Below are positions 54,801 to 64,000 of a stretch of 64,000 nucleotides of DNA, one piece after another (positions within the stretch are counted from its first letter, which is position 1; each line of letters begins with the position of its first letter). The stretch comes from Octopus sinensis (taxonomy: Eukaryota). A model generated the notes under the pieces. It did no database searches. It worked only from the letters and a program-made list of their open reading frames with translations, and was not told where the DNA came from. The DNA lies in assembly GCF_006345805.1 (NCBI RefSeq), contig NW_021833062.1, positions 27,481 to 91,480 on the forward strand, written 5' to 3'. The translations under genes and the position numbers were made by a program.

Positions 54801-55077
54801 CAGCTCTTTAATATCCTCCCGAAGAACCTGAGAGAACTGCATGTGGTGGATGCAGATGTCTTTAAAATGAAAGTGGATCTCTTCCTGTCAGGTGTCCCAG
54901 ATGAACCAACTTCACGGCAGGAGGTGCAGATGAGGGCAGCTGCATAGAATGCCCGCATTCACCAAATGGCATTTGATAAAAAGCATTCGTGAAGTAAAAT
55001 CGTGTAGCATCATCAAATGGCGGTTCAGCAGCATGGACACAGCTCCTGAGCTGAAACAAGATGAGGTAAAAAAAAAA
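51820..55077 (+). mobile_element. CR1/L2-group LINE, duplicated copy
   Basis: Same ORF fragments and same lesions as 720-3982. Confidence 0.9.
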
Positions 55078-55129
55078 GTCAATATATATTTATATTTATG
55101 TATATATATATATATATATACGCATATAT

Positions 55130-55165
<36 letters not shown>

Positions 55166-55551
55166 CGTATATATATATATATATGTGTGTGTGTATGTGT
55201 ATAAGGATATATATATATATATATATAAGTGTGTGTTTGTGTGTATGTGTATAAGAATATATATACATTGTAACAAGGAGGATATTGAAACATCATATAT
55301 ATATTAATCCAAGATACAGTGGTTCAATATATCATATATTCTAGAGATATTTCTGCAATGAATATATAACGAAAAATATCGGAAACGGTCAAGCAGTATT
55401 ATCTACTCAAACAGAGTATTGTTATGTATAATAATCGATATCTAACTAAGGAACATGCTGATTAATTGATAATGTAATTCCTTACAATTGGATATCTCTG
55501 TTTTGTATCTCGATCATATTACTGATTATAATAATAATAATAATAATAATA

Positions 55552-55619
<68 letters not shown>

Positions 55620-55631
55620 TTAATAATAATT

Positions 55632-57372
55632 AGATTCTTCAGGAACAACAACATGTTCAAAAATAATCCCCAAAATTTTTACAGGAAGATAGGAAAAACA
55701 ACAGTTACTGTAAAGTCTGTACCATCAAAAGAAGAAGTGCAGGGATTTTGGAATAAAATTTGGGCAGAAGAAAAAACACACAGCGAAAAGGCCTCCTGGA
55801 TTGATAGAATATCTAAAGAACTGGACTCCTTAAAAGAACAAATGTGGGAGGATGTCAAGGTAGAAGATATAAGATCTGCTCTCAGGAGGTCAATCAAATG
55901 GAAGTCTCCAGGAAAGGATAAAATCCATAACGTTTGGTTGAATGCCTTCCCAGAGAGCCATGAATTGCTAACATAACTTTACAATGATGTTTTGCAACAC
56001 CCTAGTAGGATTCCTCCTTGGCTAGTTAATGGGTTAACATTCCTCCTTCTAAAAAGTGAAGAAACAAATGAACCAAAAAACTATAGACCCATAACCTGCT
56101 TAACAACTATGTATAAAACACTAACATCTGTCCTGACGGAATATACCTATAGTTTTTTGACACACAGCAGCATATTCCCTAATGAAGAGAAAGGATGTAA
56201 ACGTGGATCCTACGGTTGTAAAGATCAACTACTCATCAATAAGATGATCTTAGAAGATTGTCACAAACGACACAAAAACTTATCAATAGCCTGGATAGAC
56301 TATAAAAAGGCTTTTGATAGCCTACCACATAGCTGGATTAAGAAATGCCTAGAAATGTATAAGATAGCACCTACTCTGCGAAACTTTTTGTCTGTAAGTA
56401 TGAGATCATGGAGAACCACACTAAATTTCAACAGTGACAATGAATCTCTATATGCTGGTGATGTAAAAATTTCATATGGCATTTTCCAGGGTGACTCACT
56501 ATCACCACTCCTCTTCTGTTAAGCCTTTATACCTCTCTAAAAACTGCTCAATGATGCGCAGTACGGGTATAAAAGGTTTGATAAAAATATAAATCATCTC
56601 ATTTACATGGATGATTTAAAGCTCTTTGCAAAAAGTGACCAACAACTCAAGGGCTTACTAGCGATTGTCAAACAATTCCGTGATGACATCAGAATGCAAT
56701 TTGGCCTCGATAAGTGTGCAAAAGCTACCTTTATCAATTGAAAAATGACAAAAACATCTAACGTTAACCTTGACCAGCAGAATGTCATAAAAGAATTAGA
56801 CTCAGCAGATTTTCCAGTCAACACAGACAGAACGATCAAGGCTAAACGAACATACATAATTGTTAAAGACAGGGAAGAAAATGCCTGCAGACTAATAGAG
56901 GTAAGCGTCCCCACTGATAAAAATGTATCTCTAAAGGAATTTGATAAACTTAGTAAATATAAGGACCTGGAAATCGAAATACAAAAGATGTGGAATCTTA
57001 AAACAAAAACTGTTCCTGTTATTGTAGGTGCCCTAGGTATGATAAAAAAGGGATGTCAGAAAGACATAGACAATGTCCTTGGAGAACCATGTCTCAAGGT
57101 AATCCAAAGGATGGTGCTAACAAGTACTGCCAACATCCTTAGAAAAACACTATCAATGTAAATGTTTGTGTTTGTATTACATGGAGATATTTCTCTACTT
57201 CCCCTCACCAAGCTTTCAGCTATATTTCAACAACTCTTAACCTTCACTTGCCCTAGGGCGCTGGGTGTGCCCCGGCAAGTGATTGCATCAAACATGCAGA
57301 TTAAAAGTAAATGACAATGATAATAATAATAATAATAATAACAGTAATAATAATAATATAATAATAATAATA

Positions 57373-57407
<35 letters not shown>

Positions 57408-60093
57408 TAATAATAATAATAAATCTCTGGATGTAACGTCTTACCACCAGTGGAGTATAAATTAAGAAATGACAGAGTTGGCCAATATCTCCACTGGCTA
57501 ATAAGTCGGCATTACAATATCAAAACTGCCGACAAGTGGTATAATCACCACCCTGAGGTTGTAACTGAAGGAGAAAATGTAACCATTCGGTGGGGCTTTC
57601 CAGTACATACAGACCGAACCATCAAGGCCAATATACCAGATATTGTTGTGAAAGACCAAAACAATAAAGTTTGCTTATTGATCGACATGAGCATCCCCTG
57701 TGATCATAATATCTCAGGGAAAGAGTTTGACAAGCTCAGAAAATATAAAGACCTACTCATTGAAATTGAGAATATGTAGCATCTCAAGGCGGTTACAATA
57801 CCAGTGATCGTAGGAGCACTAGGAATGATCAAGAAGGGAACCGAAAATTATATGAGAATGATCCCTGGCTTACCATCCCTGCAAGAAGTGCAAAAGATTG
57901 TCTTAACTTGTACATCACACGTATTGAGAAGAGCATTGTCGATGTGAGAACTGTTGCTGCTCATGTATTTTAATTTAACTTTAAAAAAATGAACGAACTA
58001 CTGAGTTTGGTTTAATGGCCTACCAATGTATACTATGAGTTTCTTTGCCCTAGGAGTCGGGAAGACACTCGGCAAGAAATGGAAGCAAATTTGAAAGAAA
58101 AAAGTAATAATAATAATAATAATAATAATAATTATAAAAATAATAATAATAGTATAAACTGCTAAGAGAACATTACAATGATGTTTTGCAACACCCTAGT
58201 AGGATGGCTCCTTGGCTAGTTGATGGATTAACATTCCTTCTTTCAAAAGTGAAGAAACATATGAACCAATAATCTATAGACCCATAACCTGTTTAACAAC
58301 TATATATACGGGTATAAAATGTTTGATATAAATATAAATCATCTCATTTACATGGATGATTTAAAGCTCTTTGCAAAAGTTGACCAACAACTGAAGGGCT
58401 TACTAACGATTGTTAACCAATTCGGCGATAACATCAAAATGCAATATGGCCTCGATTATTGTTCAAAAGCTACTTTTATCACAGGAAAAATGACAGAAAA
58501 CTCTAACGTAAATCTTGACCGGCAGAATGTCATACAAGAATTAGACTCAGCGGAGAGCTACAAGTACCTGGGTGTAATTGAATTTGACGGAATAAGGCAT
58601 ATAGTGATGAAGGAATGGATCAGTAGAGGGTGTTATTACAGCGTTAGAGAAATACTCAAGACAGAGCTGAATGCGAGAAACAGGATCGAAGCGATCAATG
58701 CTTTAGCCACACACATCGTGACTGACAGTTTCAATAACGTTAACTGGTCAATTACCGAAATATCTAATCTTCACAGAAATATACGAAGACTATTGACAGT
58801 GCATAGAATGTACCACCCTAAGGCAGATACAGAACGACTTTATCTGCCATTAAAAAGAGAGGCCGTGGACTTTTACAACAAGATATAACAATGAAGATTG
58901 CTTCAATTGGCCTAGACACCTACCTGAAAATCTGTGAGGACTGGATTTAAAAACTTGTCTCAAAACATGAAAACAAGAACGGATCACTTTCAGTAATAAA
59001 ACAGGCAAAGGAATATCTAAGTGAATTCCGAATACGACAAATTTCAGAATTAGACATACAAGAAACAAGCACAGAAAAAGCAAAGCGGATGAAAACACGT
59101 GCTAAAACTGCGGCCTTAGATATTCTGAATAATATATGGCAAGAAAACCCTCTCTATGGCAAATACTCAAAGAGAGCCTATAATGCAGATGTTGACAAAG
59201 CCCTGACCCACCAATGGCTAATGGCCTCTAACTTAAAATCTTAAACAGAAGGGTTATTATAACAGCTAAAGATCAAAGTCTACCAACAAGAAACTACCAG
59301 GCCAACATATTAAAGAACGGCAGTAGTCCAACATGTCGTGTATGTCAACAACGGAATGAAACCATTTATCTTGTTGCATCCAAATCCAGTCTTCTAGCGC
59401 CTACAGAGTACCTCAATAGCCATGATAGAGCTGCACAAAATAATCACTGGGTAATTTGCAAGAAACTGGATTTGCCACATGAAAAGAACTGGTAGGAACA
59501 CAAAACACCCAAGCGCTTGAAAATGACCACATCTCACTCTTCTGGAACTTCACCTTTCAAACTGATAGAAAGATAGATTCAAATAGGCCAGACATCATAT
59601 TGAAATACTTCAGACAAAGAACAAGCCACCTCATTGATATTACTGTCCCAATCGATATAACCGTATCTGTCAAGACCTACCAAAACTGAGCAAATATAAA
59701 GAACTTGATATAGAAATCAGCAAAATGTGGAACCTGAAGACTAGAACAACACCTGTTGTCATAGGTGCCCTGGGAATGATAGCAAAAGGGGCTGATTGCT
59801 ACCTAACACAGATACCAGGAAACCCCAAAATGGCAGAAATTCAAAAGATAGTGCTCATGGGAAGTGCTCATATCCTACGCAAAATACTTTCTATGTAATC
59901 TCAAGGTTGAAAACAAACATAATTCTCGGTTTTTTTTTGACATTCACTAGCAAAACACAAAAAAAAATAAAACAAATATATGCCACATTAGGCATAACAA
60001 CATCATGAACTTCCAAGATGTTGTCTCTTGAGTTTTCTGGGTGAGACTTGGAACCACTTGAACAAATATAAAGCAAAAGTCAAACGTAGAATG
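55632..60093 (+). mobile_element. Duplicated R4/Dong array: C/A chimera (55632-57319), family B (57422-58105), family C (58155-60093)
   Basis: Colinear with 4537-8998. Confidence 0.9.
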
Positions 60094-60210
60094 AAAAATA
60101 AATTATAATAATAATAATAACGACAATAATAATAAAAAATAATAATTATAATATTAATAAAAAAAAATAATAATAATAATGATAATAATAATGATGATAA
60201 TCATAAGGAA

Positions 60211-60266
<56 letters not shown>

Positions 60267-61129
60267 ATATTTATATATTTATGCAAATATAAGAGAGTGT
60301 CTACTAAATAGATCCGCAATGGTCTCAACCACCAAGAATTGTTCCCATGGAGATTTAGCACAACTATGAACGTTAACGAGCAGGAAAAATAAAAATAACA
60401 AAAATGTAGATTCATTCTAGACATTTCTCTCGCTGTTAATGGATTATGCACTGTTACTTACATAATAGTACTGCAGCTCTTCAGTAGAATTTGTCGTGAA
60501 TACAATTTACTGAACCGCACGCCAGGTTTTGACATAAAGAGAAACACTGACGTGTATCAGTCTATTATATTATGATACGAATGCCCTCGTTATAGAGCGC
60601 AAAAAATACCCGGAAACAAATACTGCATAAATAATTTACTTCAGTATAATTAAAATGAAAAATAAGAATGAAAAAATTGTATATTAATTTAATAATAACA
60701 TCAATTTAACACCAAGTGGTTTAGCGCATAAAAACCGGGGATAATTAAAAATTAATAGACAAATATAAGAGGGTGTCCACTATGTGGTCGCTTTGCGCTA
60801 AAGTTAGATCCGCAATGGTCTCAACCATCAAGATTTGTTCCCAAGGAGAATTAGCAAATCTATGATCGTAAACGATCAGGACAAATGAAAAATATCAAAA
60901 ATGTAGATTCATTCTAGACATTTGTTTCGATGTTAATGGAATATGCAATTTTACTTACATGGTAAAACTGCAGGTCTTCAGTAGAATTTGTCGAAGTGGC
61001 TTAGCGAATAAAATCCTGGGATACAGTAAAAATTAATACACAAATATAAGAATATATTTCTTTACTTTTCTAAAGGTGTACCACTTACTAGCGTTTTTGT
61101 ATTTTGATTTTTGTTCTTTTTTAGAGATC

Positions 61130-61197
<68 letters not shown>

Positions 61198-61530
61198 GAA
61201 TTATATAATTATTTACATCATTTATATTTGACGGATATTTGTCCTCATCTTCTTTGTTGTTAACACAACCAGGTATCTCGACAAAATGTCGAATGTTGTT
61301 TCTCGTTCCTAAGATATTTTACGATGATATTATTGTTACTATTTATGTTAGTGCCTGGAATCGAACTCGGAATATTGCGGTTAAGTGCGCGGGCAACTAA
61401 ACCCAATATTCTAAGGTTGATTCAAAACAGTGAGCATAATAATGAAGATGATGATAATAATAATAATAATAATAATATAATAATAATAATAATAATAATA
61501 ATATAATAATAATAATAATTATTATTATTA

Positions 61531-61576
<46 letters not shown>

Positions 61577-61610
61577 TAATAATATTAATAATAATAATAA
61601 TAATAAAAAT

Positions 61611-61647
<37 letters not shown>

Positions 61648-61892
61648 GTAATAATAATAGCAACAACAACCACAACAATAACTTCATCGTAAACTACCTT
61701 AGGAATGAGATATAAAGTTCGACATTGCCCCAACAAACATAATGAAGGCTGGAGTGTATATCAGCCGATCGTTGTGTTAATAACACACAAGATGAAGGCA
61801 AATATCCGTCAAATATATTAATAATGAAAATTATAGAAGTGATACTGATATAAGTGAATAATGATTGACAAAAAATGTTCTTCGATTTCAAG

Positions 61893-61992
61893 GTTACGTC
61901 GCAGCACATTTCTGCTATGTTACAGCGATAACAACATGTCGTGATTCTATGATAAAATATCCTTTAAGAAACCCGGATCTACACTATTGCGA
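61893..61992 (+). CDS. Exon 2, gene copy 2
   Basis: Identical to 11868-11967 including splice sites. Confidence 0.75.
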
Positions 61993-64000
61993 GTAACTAT
62001 GCTTGTTTTCGACGATTATTTCTCTTATTTTTCTACATTAATTTATAATTAATAATAATTGAACTTTTCCTGTAGGTTGTAATATTATGCCTTGCTCTTC
62101 ATATTAATTTGACATAATGTGTTTGGGTGTGCTTTTGTGCGTATGTGTATATATATATATATATTTATTTATATGTATTTATGTGTGTGTGCGTTTGTGC
62201 GTGTATATATATATTCTGATTTTGATTTTGATTTTTCCAGTTTCAGCTAATGAGCTGTGGCCATGATGGGGCACCGCCATTATATATATATATATATCTA
62301 TATATATATATATATATGTATATGAAAATCTTGAATATACATAAGTGAAAAATAAAATAATACTTCAATAATTAAATACTTTAAAATGAAAAAAAACACA
62401 AAAGGCTATTGCAAGTTATTAAATTGTAATCAAATAAAGAAATGTTTCAAATATAGACAAACTCTTTAAATACTTATATTTAATAAATATACCTGTTTTG
62501 TATCTATAAATTTTTATATATGAATCTATAACAAAATTGACTAATATCAAATAATATAATACCTAATTAACTTAAATTTAGTATTACAAATGCATAATCC
62601 ACCTATATATCAATATATTATGTAGCATATTATAATTTATATATATATATATATAAATATAATATCGAGAATAATATGTTTCCTATCAAACCCAAATTAA
62701 AGAAAGGTGCTAAAATATTAGAACCATAGGACAATACACTATGAAAATGTATAATCACAATAACCAGTCCTCTGCCAAACCATTCATTAACAATAACAAT
62801 AATAAAAACTACCAAAGTCGAAATAATAGCAAGAACTAACTAATATTCATAATCGAACTAAATTACTAAGTTCAACGATTCTGTTAATCTATCTACATTT
62901 TCAAATGATAAACTTCTAATTAATCAACTCAATCGATTCCATTCATGAAAAATACTATCAAAAATTTGAAATAGTACAATAAACCCAAATCCATTATATA
63001 AACTCGCTATTTTAATATCCATGTTTAATATCTATAGATTTAATATTTCACACGATAAAATAGTTAATCATATACGTTATATTACAATAAAAACTAGTTT
63101 ATTTAAAAATAATACTACTTAATGAAAATATTATCTAATTATTATAAAACATGTATTCTAACAATATTAATTCTCAAATTAAATAATATGTAAAACGTAA
63201 AATCTTTTATAACAATTAAACATTGGACGTAAAAAAGACTATCAAGAAACTATTAATATATAAAAATATTACATCAAACAATAATAATATCAACAATAAT
63301 AATAATTTCAAACACACAACGGTTCAATATTCAAATGAAATAGAGAAACGATAAAATTCAGACTTAGCTTTTGCGAAGAATGAAGAGTAACTGATTTTTA
63401 AAAGAAATAAATAGTTAACGCGTTTATAAATAATCGCGTAGATACATTGTGCAAAGAAGGTGAAGAAATCCTCAATGAACCTGGCGAAACTTTGCAAAAT
63501 AAAACATTCCTAAATATCGTTTATAAAGTTTTTCGCGTGGAATTCAATAAATACTCGATGAACGTGGCGAAATTATTATCAACGAAAAATACAAAAACAC
63601 GAAAAAACTTAGTCTCATATTCTAAATAATTTGAGAAAATCACAACTTATGGAGAAACTAATATAAAGACACCCAAATAAATATAACAAACACCTATTAT
63701 TATATCAATAACAAATAACCCCTGTTAAACAATGACCCCCCTAAAAAACACAAATCCAACGTAAAGGAGAAAAAAACATTACTGTGTTAATTTGAGATAA
63801 TCACTAGATTATAAACGTAAATAATAATACTTAGCGTCTATAAGAACTCGTGGAGACGTTGCAAGGGAAAATAGAACATAACTATTAATGAAAAAGGCTA
63901 AAAGAAAATTATTAATGGAATACGGGAATTATCTAAACTTCATGAATCAAATAAAATTAATAAAAGTAGTAATAGTAAAATAGTACATGAAGAATTACTT

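Larger units (their letters stand above)
50877..64000 (+). repeat. Second unit of a ~51-kb tandem/segmental duplication (matches 1 to ~13980)
   Basis: ORF offsets 51095 (898/51993 through 7224/58319) then 50025 (11669/61694, 12605/62630). Confidence 0.95.

Overview
AT-rich, microsatellite-saturated eukaryotic DNA, most likely an Octopus genome (inferred from the tRNA-SINE families, not database-confirmed). Almost every ORF in the supplied track is microsatellite noise or a broken retrotransposon. Mobile elements seen: a CR1/L2-group APE-RT LINE, about 18 copies of at least five R4/Dong-type RLE non-LTR families stacked head-to-tail in (TAA)n tracts, RTE fragments, Penelope-like (GIY-YIG) remnants with hammerhead ribozymes, Tc1/mariner and pogo/Tigger fossils, and tRNA-SINEs. 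Between them, and absent from the ORF track, short exons with compatible splice phases (145-187, 11868-11967, 25310-25491, and less surely 26872-26956 and 29367-29382) assemble into a roughly 141-aa secreted, cysteine-rich protein with three CY-x6-C motifs that I cannot assign to a family. The locus repeats with a period of about 50-51 kb: positions 1-14 kb recur at 50.9-64 kb as a mosaic of identical and diverged blocks. A 2.38-kb local duplication also doubles the signal-peptide exon of the second copy. Element boundaries were read by eye and are approximate.
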